DNA of 64,000 nt, taken from contig CAXXOA010000001.1 of the NCBI GenBank assembly GCA_963666275.2, positions 320,001 through 384,000 on the forward strand. The letters run 5' to 3'. Positions within the stretch are counted from its first letter, which is position 1. Every line of letters begins with the position of its first letter. The position numbers and the translations under genes are program-made. This document shows, piece after piece, positions 39,104-48,720 of the stretch. The notes under the pieces are model-generated. The model searched no databases. It was not told the DNA's origin and was given only the letters and a program-made list of their open reading frames with translations. The stretch comes from Oceanispirochaeta sp. Lineage in GTDB: Bacteria > Spirochaetota > Spirochaetia > DSM-2461.

Positions 39104-39221
39104 TCCCGGATCAGTGATTTCTTTCTGGATTGAGAATTGTACACGTGTACTTGATCTGTTTGAAGATATGCGCTATGCTCTGGAAAGAACGGTAGAATTA
39201 CTGGAGAAGGAGTGTCTTATC

Positions 39222-40235
39222 ATGGGGAAAATTCTGATCACCGGCGGTGCCGGCTATATAGCGTCGCATACCAATATTGAACTTCTGAAAGCAGGATATG
39301 ACATTGTACTGGCAGATAATCTGTGCAACTCCTCTCTGGAAGCGGTTCGAAGAGTCGAGGAACTGACAGGGAAAAGCCTTCCTTTCTATGAGGTGGATCT
39401 GAAAGATATCGATGCTCTGAGAAAAGTCTTTGAGGCGGAGCCCTCCATTACAGGAGTTCTCCATTTTGCCGCCCTCAAAGCTGTGGGGGAGTCTGTTCAG
39501 AAACCCCTCATGTATTATGAAAACAACATCACCGGGTCTTTGAACCTGTACAAGGTTATGGATGAAAAAGGGGTGAAACAGCTGGTTTTCTCCTCTTCCG
39601 CTACGGTTTACGGTGATCCCGCTTCGGTTCCTGTCAGGGAGGACTTTCCCCTGCAGGCAACCAATCCCTATGGACAGACCAAGCTGATGATGGAGCAGAT
39701 CCTCATCGATGCCGCCCGGGCCAAGGGCTGGGATATTACAATCCTCCGGTACTTCAATCCCGTAGGGGCACACGAATCGGGCCGGATCGGGGAGGATCCC
39801 GAGTATCCCAACAATCTGCTGCCCTTTGTTTCCCAGGTGGCTGCAGGGATCAGGGAAAAAGTCATGGTTTTCGGAAATGACTGGCCCACTCCTGACGGAA
39901 CCGGAGTGAGAGACTATATCCATGTGGTGGACCTGGCAGTGGCCCATGTGAAGGCTCTGGATTCCCTGAAAGTGAAGAAAGGGGTTTCCATCTATAACAT
40001 CGGTACCGGTAAGGGATACTCCGTTCTGGATATGATCAAAGCCTTTGAAAAGGTGTGCGGTCATGCCATTCCCTGGGAGTTCGGTCCCAGAAGGGACGGA
40101 GATGTGGCGACAGTCTACGGTGATCCTGCTCTGGCGGCAGAAGAGCTGGGCTGGAAAGCCGAGCGGGGCCTGGACGAGATGGTCTCTTCCGCCTGGAAAT
40201 GGCAGAGCCTGAATCCCCGCGGGTACAGAAGCTGA
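39222..40235 (+). CDS. galE: UDP-glucose 4-epimerase (start re-assigned to 39222)
   Basis: TGGAGYI, HFAALKAVGES, FSSSATVYG, YGQTK, LRYFNP.GAH and DGTGVRDYIHV motifs; RBS AAGGAG. Confidence 0.95.
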   Translation: MGKILITGGAGYIASHTNIELLKAGYDIVLADNLCNSSLEAVRRVEELTGKSLPFYEVDLKDIDALRKVFEAEPSITGVLHFAALKAVGESVQKPLMYYENNITGSLNLYKVMDEKGVKQLVFSSSATVYGDPASVPVREDFPLQATNPYGQTKLMMEQILIDAARAKGWDITILRYFNPVGAHESGRIGEDPEYPNNLLPFVSQVAAGIREKVMVFGNDWPTPDGTGVRDYIHVVDLAVAHVKALDSLKVKKGVSIYNIGTGKGYSVLDMIKAFEKVCGHAIPWEFGPRRDGDVATVYGDPALAAEELGWKAERGLDEMVSSAWKWQSLNPRGYRS

Positions 40236-40346
40236 CGGTCTGTAAACGCTGCAGTAACGGGAGAAGGCATTATTTCGGGTAAAAACAACTACAACAGACG
40301 GAAACTCCTTAAAATCAGAAGAGAAGGAAAGGCTCTGGAAATTGAT

Positions 40347-40610
40347 TTGGGACGCAGAGCCTTTATCATCCGTCGGAGATACGAAGCTCTCAGCGCTTTT
40401 AATGATTTTCTGATTGCTTTGTGGTTCCTGATTGGCAGTTTCTTTTTTCTCAGTACATCCCTGGAACTCCGGGGAACCTGGCTTTTTATTCTCGGGAGTG
40501 CCCAGCTTATGATAAAACCTCTTTTAAAGCTTATCAGTATTCTTCACCTGGGAAGGATTGATGTATCTTCTCCAGGTAAAAAGAGTACAAAAAGAGCCAA
40601 TAAATTCTAA
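40347..40610 (+). CDS. YrhK-like small membrane protein (start uncertain)
   Basis: RYE....NDF....WF.IGS.FF and GTWLF.LGS.QL..KP motifs. Confidence 0.7.
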   Translation: MGRRAFIIRRRYEALSAFNDFLIALWFLIGSFFFLSTSLELRGTWLFILGSAQLMIKPLLKLISILHLGRIDVSSPGKKSTKRANKF

Positions 40611-40640
40611 AGAAGACCTGAACCGGGCATTTCCGTCCTG

Positions 40641-41642
40641 CTATTCAAAATCATAGCGGAAGTTCCACTGTTGTCTGATCCTATCCAATACTTTCATTAT
40701 AGCCAGAGTTTCATCCAGAGGCATAATGTCACTCTCTTTTTTCCCCTCTCTGAGGCAGCGGACGCACTCCCGGGCTTCACAGATAAATCCGTTTTCAGGG
40801 TTCGGTTCAATTACCTGCTGGGACGAGGTGACTTCATTGCTGCCGTTATGAATATTCACTGTGAAGGAATTGCCCGAAGGAAAGTCCGGGAATTCAATAA
40901 AACCCTTTGTCCCGTAAAACCCCGCTTTATTCTCTATTTTCAAGGCATAGCTGCTCACAACCTGTGCCATGGTGCCTGAGGGGAAGCGGAATTGATAGTT
41001 GACAATTTCATCCACTCCGGATTCGGAGAACCGGCACATGGACTGAATCTCAGAAGGAATCGCATCCAGCATATAGCAGAGAAAACTGACAGGATAGATT
41101 CCCTTGTCCAGGGTGACGCCTCCGGCCAGAGCGGGATTTACCAGGCGGCTTTTGTATTTTTCCGGAACATAGTCGGCAAAAAAGATCGAAACCTGCCTGA
41201 CATCTCCTATAATTCCCGAAGCAATGATCTCTTTCATCCGGATCAGGCTGGGCAGGAACCGGACCCAGTAGGCTTCCAGAAGAAAGAGATTTTTCTCTCT
41301 GGCCAGCTCTATGAGCTTCCGGGCTTCTTCCGCATTCACCGTAAAGGGTTTTTCCATAATCACGGGTTTTCCGCTTTCCAGGATCTGTCTGGCATTTTCA
41401 TAATGGAAATTGTGGGTCGTGGCTATGTAGACTATATCAACATCCGGATCCGCAGCCAGCTGATCGTAGGTCAGAGCTTTCGGTATGGAAAAGCGACTGG
41501 CAAAACTGCCGACTCTTTCGGATGATTTGGAAGCAACCGCCTCAATGCGGCTGTCCCCGTCTTCGATGAGGGCTTCTGCCATTTTTTCCGCGATGATTCC
41601 CGCTCCCAGGATTCCCCAGCGGATCAGCTCTTCTTTTCCCAT
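40641..41642 (-). CDS. Gfo/Idh/MocA family oxidoreductase
   Basis: RWGILGAG.IA, VYIATT...H, EKPF and GG..LD.GIY motifs. Confidence 0.9.
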   Translation of the reverse strand: MGKEELIRWGILGAGIIAEKMAEALIEDGDSRIEAVASKSSERVGSFASRFSIPKALTYDQLAADPDVDIVYIATTHNFHYENARQILESGKPVIMEKPFTVNAEEARKLIELAREKNLFLLEAYWVRFLPSLIRMKEIIASGIIGDVRQVSIFFADYVPEKYKSRLVNPALAGGVTLDKGIYPVSFLCYMLDAIPSEIQSMCRFSESGVDEIVNYQFRFPSGTMAQVVSSYALKIENKAGFYGTKGFIEFPDFPSGNSFTVNIHNGSNEVTSSQQVIEPNPENGFICEARECVRCLREGKKESDIMPLDETLAIMKVLDRIRQQWNFRYDFE

Positions 41643-41715
41643 ACTCTCTCCCTAAAATTTTAATGTTTATTGTAACATATTCTCATGGAAAACAGTTATC
41701 CCTTCAATACAGGTT

Positions 41716-43152
41716 CTACAGTTCTCCGGGGCTTCCAGCCAGTTCTGCCAGTTTTCTGACTCCCTCCCTGATTTCAGGGGAAATAGGGGCTGCGAAGGTA
41801 ATGCGCAGACAGCTGCCGTACCGGTCTTCTGCTGAGAAGGCCTGGCCGGGAACAATGCTGATGCCATGTGCCAGTGCCTGTTCGAACAGTTTCAGGCAGT
41901 CCATTTCCCCGGGAAGCTGAACCCATAGGTAATAACCTCCCCGGGGCCGGGATACGGCTGTTCCGGGAGGAAAGGACTCTTTGATAAGACTCCGCATCTC
42001 CATGGCCTGGCGGGCCATGGTTTTCTGGAGCAGGGACAGATGTTTTAAGTACCGGGGCGTTTTTATGTATCCAGCCAGAGCTTTCTGGAGGAGTCCGCTG
42101 CTGCCCAGGGTCTGGGCCATTTTCAGGTTCCTGCATTTTCTATGATAACTGCCTCCCATAAGCCATCCGGACCTGAGAGCCGGAGCCAGGGTTTTGGAAA
42201 AGGAGCAGCAGTAGATCACCCGTCCCTCTATATCAAAACTCTTCAGCGGTTTTTCTCTGGACGGGGCAAAGGAGCAGTCATGATAGATATCATCTTCAAT
42301 GATAGTAGTGCTGTATCTATCCGCCAGAGTGACCGCACGACGTCTTGCCTCTTCACTCATAACAAATCCCAGGGGATTCTGGTACAGAGCGGTCATAACC
42401 ACGGCCTGTATGTCTTCTCTGGCCAGAACCTCTTCCAGTCTGTCCAGGTCCATCCCTGATTCGGGAGAGGTCGGAATGGTAATGATTCTCCGTTTGAGCT
42501 CTTTGAGTATCTGAATGATCCCGGGAAAGACAGGGCTTTCCAGGGCAATGATATCGCCGGGACCGGAGCAGGCCTGAACCGCCAGGCTGAGGGCTTCGGA
42601 GCATCCGTTTGTCAGGAGTATATCCTCTTTGTCCGCAGAAACACCTCTCTGCCGCATCATCCGGGATATTTCATCCCTCAGGCCCGGATCTCCCTGTTCA
42701 TCCGTGTAGTCCACCAGGGATTCGGGATTCCGGATCAGCAGCTGGTTGATCTCTTTTTTCAGGGAGCTCATGGGCAGATAGGAGCTGTCTGGCACCCCCG
42801 CGCCCAGGGGGAGAATGGAGTGATCATTGCTGGCTTCTACAATCCTTCCCATGATACTGACCGGCCTGGCTTCTCCGGAGAGGAGGGAAAAGTGCTCCTT
42901 CTGGGGAGAGGGGACGGGTGAGGCATCCTGCTGGTCGGCAAAGTAGCCTGACTTCTCCACGGCATAGATGTTCCCCCGGGCCTCCAGCAGGGCATAGGCC
43001 TGCATGACCACCGAAAGGGAGCAGCTGTAACGGCTCGCCATAACCCTCAGGGAGGGGAGTTTTGATCCCGGCCGGATCTCTCCCGCCTGAAGGGAGCGGG
43101 TTATTTCATCGGCAATCTCTTCGTATTTGTACTCTGTAACGGGGTTAACCAT
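41716..43152 (-). CDS. MocR/GabR family regulator (GntR HTH plus PLP aminotransferase domain)
   Basis: KLPSLR, V.QAY..LE, KSGYF, QNPLG, IEDD.Y and SFSKTLAP.LR.GW motifs. Confidence 0.92.
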   Translation of the reverse strand: MVNPVTEYKYEEIADEITRSLQAGEIRPGSKLPSLRVMASRYSCSLSVVMQAYALLEARGNIYAVEKSGYFADQQDASPVPSPQKEHFSLLSGEARPVSIMGRIVEASNDHSILPLGAGVPDSSYLPMSSLKKEINQLLIRNPESLVDYTDEQGDPGLRDEISRMMRQRGVSADKEDILLTNGCSEALSLAVQACSGPGDIIALESPVFPGIIQILKELKRRIITIPTSPESGMDLDRLEEVLAREDIQAVVMTALYQNPLGFVMSEEARRRAVTLADRYSTTIIEDDIYHDCSFAPSREKPLKSFDIEGRVIYCCSFSKTLAPALRSGWLMGGSYHRKCRNLKMAQTLGSSGLLQKALAGYIKTPRYLKHLSLLQKTMARQAMEMRSLIKESFPPGTAVSRPRGGYYLWVQLPGEMDCLKLFEQALAHGISIVPGQAFSAEDRYGSCLRITFAAPISPEIREGVRKLAELAGSPGEL

Positions 43153-43204
43153 AACAGAACTGTAATCTGTTATGGTTCAAAAGTCAATTTTCTGATTCTG
43201 TTAT
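43147..43204. promoter_or_regulatory. MocR-type operator (inverted plus direct repeat)
   Basis: Perfect AACCATAACAGA-N7-TCTGTTATGGTT (43147-43177), plus a third TCTGTTAT at 43197-43204. Confidence 0.7.
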
Positions 43205-43274
43205 TGTTTCTGTTTCCCCAGCATAATTTCTGAAAGAAGCCAGAGCTTCACACTTTTTTTAAGGAGAGTCTTAT

Positions 43275-43871
43275 ATGAAATCCATTCTGCTGCCGGTTAT
43301 CCTTTTTGTTCTGTCCATGACCATTACTCCGGGTCCCAACAATATGCTCCTCACCGCTACAGGGGCCCGTTTCGGGTATAGAAAAGCCCTGCCCCTGGTG
43401 GCGGGGATCGTGCTGGGGCTGCTGAGCCTGTTGATCCTGAGTGCTCTGGGGCTGGGAATCCTGTTTCAGGAGTATCCTGTGATTAAAAGCATTCTGAAAG
43501 TGACAGGAACCCTCTATATCCTCTATCTGGCATTCAGCATTGCCTTTAAGAGGAAAGGACAGTCCCATAAAGAGGAGTCTGCGAAGCCTCTGAACATCCT
43601 GCAGGGTGCGGCGTTTCAGTACCTGAATCCCAAAGCCTATATCATGTGTATCACGGCCATGTCTGTGTTTCCCCTTTCCGGAGCGGACTACCTGCCTTCG
43701 GCGCTGCTGATTATCGCCTGCTTTCTTGTGATCACACCCTTCTCCGTATCGGTCTGGGCCTACTTCGGATCGGTTCTGAACCGGATCTTCCCCCCCGGCA
43801 GGAGCCGGAAAAGGATGGACTACTTTCTGGGTTCTCTCACCGCCGCCTCAGCTGTGTTTATTGTGTTATAG
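43275..43871 (+). CDS. LysE/RhtB family amino-acid exporter
   Basis: ITPGPNN, G...G and FQYLNPKA motifs; hydrophobic. Confidence 0.9.
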   Translation: MKSILLPVILFVLSMTITPGPNNMLLTATGARFGYRKALPLVAGIVLGLLSLLILSALGLGILFQEYPVIKSILKVTGTLYILYLAFSIAFKRKGQSHKEESAKPLNILQGAAFQYLNPKAYIMCITAMSVFPLSGADYLPSALLIIACFLVITPFSVSVWAYFGSVLNRIFPPGRSRKRMDYFLGSLTAASAVFIVL

Positions 43872-43914
43872 ATGCCCTTGCCCGAGCTTCTGCAGGACAT
43901 TTCACAGAGCCGGA

Positions 43915-44730
43915 TTACTCATTTAAATTGAAGGCCAGCCTGTTCTGTTTTGCCTCCTGATCGGATTCAGGAGGCTTTTTCCAGTCCTCTTTCACATAGT
44001 CAATAAAATCATCCAGTTTGAGGGGTTCCGAATACAGGTCTCCCTGATATTTTTAACAGCCGATGTCCCTGAGAGTCATTCTGATCTCCTCATTTTCAAC
44101 GTATTCCGCAATAACATCAAAATCCAGGGACCTGCCCAGATCGACAATGGATTTGATGATATCAATGCTTCTCTCATTTTTCTGAAGCTGTCTGACCAGG
44201 GAACCGTCAAGTTTGACAAAGTCAAATTTATTGCTCTGAAGGTCGACAAGAGAGGTATAACCGGTGCTGAAATCATCTATAGCCAGTTTAATATGGCTGG
44301 CGTGGAGAATTTCAAAAGCTTCCGAGAGGTGATCGTTATCCTTTAGCTCCGCCTCTTCTGTGATTTCCGGTTTAACCCCCTGCAGGGCAATATAGGATGC
44401 AATGGCCGTTATGCAGGATAATAGGTTGATGATGCCAAAACACCTTGTTCTGTTGGAGGAATATTTATAGGTCACAGATATAATCAGATACAGCGATGCA
44501 AGACCGAAGGTAGATTCAAAAATCAGATTCAGCAAAAGGGCTATTGTTCCATTTCCGGCGCTTGTAATAAAGTTTCCTATAATGGGTATGGGAAAGTAGA
44601 GTAGCATAAGGGACACGGCTCCTGCCATAAAAACCGGCATGAGAATGAGGAAACCCTACCTTATACTGACAAGAATCAGGTTCTGTTCTAGCCTGAGAAG
44701 GGTGCTGTACATTTTTCTGCTGATCTCCAT
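43915..44730 (-). pseudogene. Decayed PTS EIIC(CelB)-like/EAL fusion gene
   Basis: One frame reads MEISR...LVSIR*GFLILMPVFMAG...EITEE...AIDDFSTGYTS...VKLDGS...AEYVE...IGC*KYQGDLYSEP. Stops at 44656-44658 and 44053-44055; most of both domains is missing. Confidence 0.8.
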
Positions 44731-44902
44731 GGAACTCCTGATTCTCCGTTTTATACATTCATTGTAAATTAAATCAGCATTTTTTTTTTCTCTATCAGAC
44801 AATTCTTTTCCCTTTTCAGTTCTCCCGGCTGTACCATTTAAGAAAACAGGAAGAAATTATATAATTTCCCTGAAAATAAAATTTTTTACTGGAGGTAAAA
44901 TC

Positions 44903-45190
44903 ATGAAAGACAGGACAGAGTACATTGAGAAAATGTCTGCCAGGCTGAAAGAGTGGGATGCTGAAATTCAGAAACTCGAGGCTAAAGCAGAATCCGCCCG
45001 GGCTGATCTCAGGGATGAATATCTTGAAAAAGTAAGGGATTTACGCAGTAAGAAAGAAGAGGCGAAAGGGAAACTCAATAAAATCCGAGAATCCGGAGAC
45101 GATGCCTGGAAGGAACTCAGAGATGGTCTGGAAACGAGCTGGAAAGTTCTGGGGGACTCAGTGAAAAGCGCGATGGAGAAGTTTAAATAG
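44903..45190 (+). CDS. Small coiled-coil protein (sll1863-like)
   Basis: RBS GGAGG; Y.EK..A.LKEW.AEI..L and AW.EL..G...W pattern. Confidence 0.75.
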   Translation: MKDRTEYIEKMSARLKEWDAEIQKLEAKAESARADLRDEYLEKVRDLRSKKEEAKGKLNKIRESGDDAWKELRDGLETSWKVLGDSVKSAMEKFK

Positions 45191-45283
45191 CAGAATCTTT
45201 ACGGGGGGATACCTAACCCCTGTTAGAGGGAACTCACCCGAATCCGTCACTGTGGGATCCGGGTGATATTAAAACTGTATAAA

Positions 45284-46750
45284 TCAGTAGGAATCGGCCA
45301 GGGCGGTCAGATAGGGATAGCCGTTGTTGATGGAACTGCTGATGTCCCAGATATCCTCGCTGCCGTTGGCGCTTTCACCGGCAAAATCCCAACCAGCCTG
45401 GGTAAAGGTCGCCTCTGTTTTCATCTCAGCTGTGGTTTTAGCTGTGCCGTATTGTGCCCACTTGTCTCCATTTCCGGATGCAACAGCCGCCTCATACCCT
45501 GAGGTTTGTCCATCATAGAAACAAGCTGTGAGAGACGCATCAATAACTTCAGGCGGAGCATCATAAGAACTTATAAGTCCTCCAAGAGTACCGTCTGATT
45601 CGCTTGCCCTGAGAGAACCATAGGAATAGCTTCTGGTGACTTTACCTGAAGTATCCCCTACCAGACCGCCCAGGAATCTCTGTCCTTCTATGCTTCCTCC
45701 TGCATAGCAGTCAATAATAGAGCCTTGAAGAAGATTACCAACTAACCCCCCAGCCGCCATTCCTGAAATGATAATGTTGCCTGTAGCATAACACTCTATG
45801 ATTTCATTTGCATTGTCTTCACTCTTTCCAATCAGTCCTCCTGCCTCATAAGTTCCTGTGACACTGGCAGAGGAGGAGCAACCAAGAATGAGAGTTTCAT
45901 CATCTATAAGCCCTATCAGTCCGCCAACAGACTCCCCTCCAGTCACATGGCCCGATGAATTACAGTCAATAAACAACCCGTTATCGCTTTCTCCGGCCAG
46001 GATGCCTGTATAGTCTCCTCCCTCAATATCTGCGTCCGTCACACTCAAGGAGGAGATAATTCCTTCATCAATTAAGCCGAACAGCCCCTGATAGCCATCA
46101 CCGCTGCTGATGGTCAGGCCCCTGATGGCAAACCCGTTGCCGCAGAACAGGCCTGTAAATGGACCTCTGGGGGTGCTGAGGAATGTCCAGCCCGAGATCC
46201 CCGACAGGTCAATATCATTCATCAGAAGATAGGCACCCGAAAGATTATCCCGGACCTTGTCCAGTTCATCCGCAGAGGTTACAAAGGTATAGTCTGCGGT
46301 TTCTCCTGACCGGGCTGTCATAAGAATCAGGGTATGCTCATCGCCGATGGCGCCTGAAGCGGTAACGGCTCTCATGGTCAGGGTGTACTGGGTCTTTGCA
46401 TCCAGAGAGTTCAGGGTGAGGGTTCCTGTTCCGGCAGACACCTGTGTCTGTTGTGACTGTCCTTTCCGGGGAGCATAGTCGATTGTGATATGGTCAATTG
46501 TTGAGGTTCCGGTTTCGGTCCAGGTCAGGGTAATACTCTCATCATCAGCCGCCACAGATGTTGCGGCAATAAAGGCATTGACGGTTTGGGGCGTCTCGCT
46601 GGTAGGGGAGTCCTGGCTGCTGGTATCTTCCTCAAGGACGTCTTCTCCTCCGGCCCCGGCGGAATCGCAGGAAGTAAAGAGCAGGAGCATCCCTGCCAGC
46701 AGGGTAAAGGCGGTCATTTTAAAAAACATTGATAGTTTGTCAGATTTCAT
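45284..46750 (-). CDS. Surface lipoprotein with an FN3 domain and GLUG-type repeats
   Basis: LFTSC lipobox, FN3 (LTW...L...TQYT..RAV), Y.L.NDIDLS, repeated GGLIG/GGLVG, C-terminal GWDF...W....NGYPYL. Confidence 0.8.
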   Translation of the reverse strand: MKSDKLSMFFKMTAFTLLAGMLLLFTSCDSAGAGGEDVLEEDTSSQDSPTSETPQTVNAFIAATSVAADDESITLTWTETGTSTIDHITIDYAPRKGQSQQTQVSAGTGTLTLNSLDAKTQYTLTMRAVTASGAIGDEHTLILMTARSGETADYTFVTSADELDKVRDNLSGAYLLMNDIDLSGISGWTFLSTPRGPFTGLFCGNGFAIRGLTISSGDGYQGLFGLIDEGIISSLSVTDADIEGGDYTGILAGESDNGLFIDCNSSGHVTGGESVGGLIGLIDDETLILGCSSSASVTGTYEAGGLIGKSEDNANEIIECYATGNIIISGMAAGGLVGNLLQGSIIDCYAGGSIEGQRFLGGLVGDTSGKVTRSYSYGSLRASESDGTLGGLISSYDAPPEVIDASLTACFYDGQTSGYEAAVASGNGDKWAQYGTAKTTAEMKTEATFTQAGWDFAGESANGSEDIWDISSSINNGYPYLTALADSY

Positions 46751-46809
46751 TTTTTCCTCACAAAATAGGGGATTATGAGGTTTTTATACTCCCGAAGAGA
46801 AAAAGGGTC

Positions 46810-46831
46810 GTCCAGAAACGCGTTTTAGGAC
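46810..46831. promoter_or_regulatory. Imperfect palindrome between the lipoprotein and araC genes
   Basis: GTCCAGAAACGCGTTTTAGGAC. Confidence 0.4.
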
Positions 46832-46972
46832 CTTTTTCCAAGAAAAAAAGAGACCTCAGAGATATTTTGCGCTGTTTCCGGACTTATTCAAGAAGGACAA
46901 TAACTCATACTTGTAAGGGCTGTTCAGTTTTGGTGATTCACAAATCTTTTTCTTCGGGGTAAAATCATAGTT

Positions 46973-48124
46973 ATGGAGTCAGCATTCAGCTCTTTTGATA
47001 TTATCACCAGTTTCCTCATTGCTTCGAGTGGTATATTCTGTCTGCTCTTTGCACTGATTCAGGCTCTCTCCAACAGGTCTCACGAACTGATACACTATAT
47101 TCACTCGGGTTTTTTCTTTGCCCTGGGAATCTGCATTCTCAGCGATCCTGTCTCCCGACAGGGGACCGAATGGCTGGCACCGGCTCTCCTCTATGTCAAC
47201 TATCCCCTGGACTATCTTCTTCCGGTACTTCTGTATTTCTATTTTATTCTTGTTTTTGAAGATCATATTACCCTCGGGCGGAGGCACCTGCTTCTGCTGC
47301 TGCCATCCATCGCGGTTACCGGGGCTTTCATGCCTTTTTTCCTTCTTTCATCGGAAGAAAAACTGGGCATTTATCCTCTGAGTCATCACTCCTGGGGGTA
47401 TCTGAGCCCCCTGAGTCAGTATATAGATTACGGTATTTTTATGTGGATGCTCTTCTGTATGATCCTGACTTTGAAGGCCATTTCTCTTTATCTGTTCGAT
47501 AACAGAAAGCATATAAAATCTGTATTTCTTTTTCTGGTTGCCGGGGGAATCCTGGCGGCGTCTCTTATCTACTCCAATTTTACAGAGCACAATCTTCACT
47601 ACAAAATCAATATGCTGGTTATGGTTGTACTGCTGGTAATCCTGGCAGCCATGACAGTCCGCAATCCCGACTTCTATCTGAAAGTCCGTCGGAAAAGCAG
47701 TGAAATCCGCTACAACAGGTCCCAGCTGGAGACGCTCAATGTGGATGGCGTTATGGACCGTATCAACGATCTCATGGCCATGGAGCATCTCTACAGGGAT
47801 CCGGAGCTCAGTATTGGCACTCTCAGTAATATCCTGAATATTACTGGCAGGCAGCTGTCAGAGATTATCAATTCCCGATACGGTCAGAATTTCAGCTCTT
47901 TTCTTAACTCCTACCGTCTCGAGGCGGTTAAACAGGAGCTGAGAAATGATCCTGATTCAACAATCCTTGTGATTGCCATGAACTGCGGGTTCAATTCCAA
48001 ATCCACATTCAACAAGGTATTTCAGGAGTCAGAAGGTATGACTCCCAGCCAGTGGAGAAAGAGCATGGCAGATAATTCCAGGAAAGGGAAAGGAGTCAGA
48101 ACTCCCGGGAGAACCTCCGGTTGA
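46973..48124 (+). CDS. Membrane-anchored AraC family regulator
   Basis: Multiple N-terminal TM helices; C-terminal LS.IIN....NF..F.N.YR and CGFNSKSTFN.VF...GMTP. Confidence 0.9.
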   Translation: MESAFSSFDIITSFLIASSGIFCLLFALIQALSNRSHELIHYIHSGFFFALGICILSDPVSRQGTEWLAPALLYVNYPLDYLLPVLLYFYFILVFEDHITLGRRHLLLLLPSIAVTGAFMPFFLLSSEEKLGIYPLSHHSWGYLSPLSQYIDYGIFMWMLFCMILTLKAISLYLFDNRKHIKSVFLFLVAGGILAASLIYSNFTEHNLHYKINMLVMVVLLVILAAMTVRNPDFYLKVRRKSSEIRYNRSQLETLNVDGVMDRINDLMAMEHLYRDPELSIGTLSNILNITGRQLSEIINSRYGQNFSSFLNSYRLEAVKQELRNDPDSTILVIAMNCGFNSKSTFNKVFQESEGMTPSQWRKSMADNSRKGKGVRTPGRTSG

Positions 48125-48266
48125 ATCCGGGGGAAGATTCCTCATGGTTCTCCGCTAATTTTAAATTCCCCGGGCGGGTTTTACACTTTTTTTCAATACT
48201 GTGCGAGAATACAGCCAGGGAAAATTTTTTACCCGGATTTATCCGGCAAGTAAGATGGAGTTAAAA

Positions 48267-48608
48267 ATGAGTGTAAATGTAGTATTTCATATTGATGAGA
48301 AAGAGAAGTGGAAGCTGCTGATCGGGAATGTCAAAAATCTGTGCAGGACTATCAATACCAGAGAATCCCGGGTTGAGATCCTTGTTAACTCCCTTGCTGT
48401 GGAACTGCTGAAGAAGGGGAGATCCTCTTCCAGCAGAGAGCTGAATGAGCTGAACAGGTCCGGGGTTAAAATATGCGCCTGCCGGAACTCTCTGGAGGGA
48501 ATGGATATCAATCCGGATGATCTCTATGATTTTATTCATATAGTCCCTATCGGAGTCAGAGAGCTGATTGACAGGCAGGCTGACGGGTTTGCCTACATAA
48601 AACCATAA
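48267..48608 (+). CDS. DsrE family protein
   Basis: VVFHID, ACRNSL and GV.EL...Q..GFAYIKP motifs. Confidence 0.85.
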   Translation: MSVNVVFHIDEKEKWKLLIGNVKNLCRTINTRESRVEILVNSLAVELLKKGRSSSSRELNELNRSGVKICACRNSLEGMDINPDDLYDFIHIVPIGVRELIDRQADGFAYIKP

Positions 48609-48661
48609 AATTAATTATCCAGTGATTGGGACTCCCCCCGGTTTTCTGAAAGCATTTCATG

Positions 48662-48690
48662 TTGACATCCGTACAACGTACTAATACTCT
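48662..48690 (+). promoter_or_regulatory. Sigma70 promoter with a palindromic TetR-type operator in the spacer
   Basis: TTGACA-N17-TACTCT; GTAC-N3-GTAC at 48671-48681. Confidence 0.6.
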
Positions 48691-48720
48691 CATAGAGAGA
48701 AGGTTTCTGATGAGGATAAT

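Noticed and set aside
39114..39221. N-terminal extension of galE, and similar extensions at 15767-15913, 16234-16401 and 30127-30153
   Set aside because: Downstream ATGs have a better RBS or promoter context and match the family N-termini.
45204..45266. CTAAC/GTTAG pair and hairpin resembling an attC site
   Set aside because: The spacing is far too short for attC; TCACCCG...CGGGTGA is better explained as a hairpin between convergent genes.
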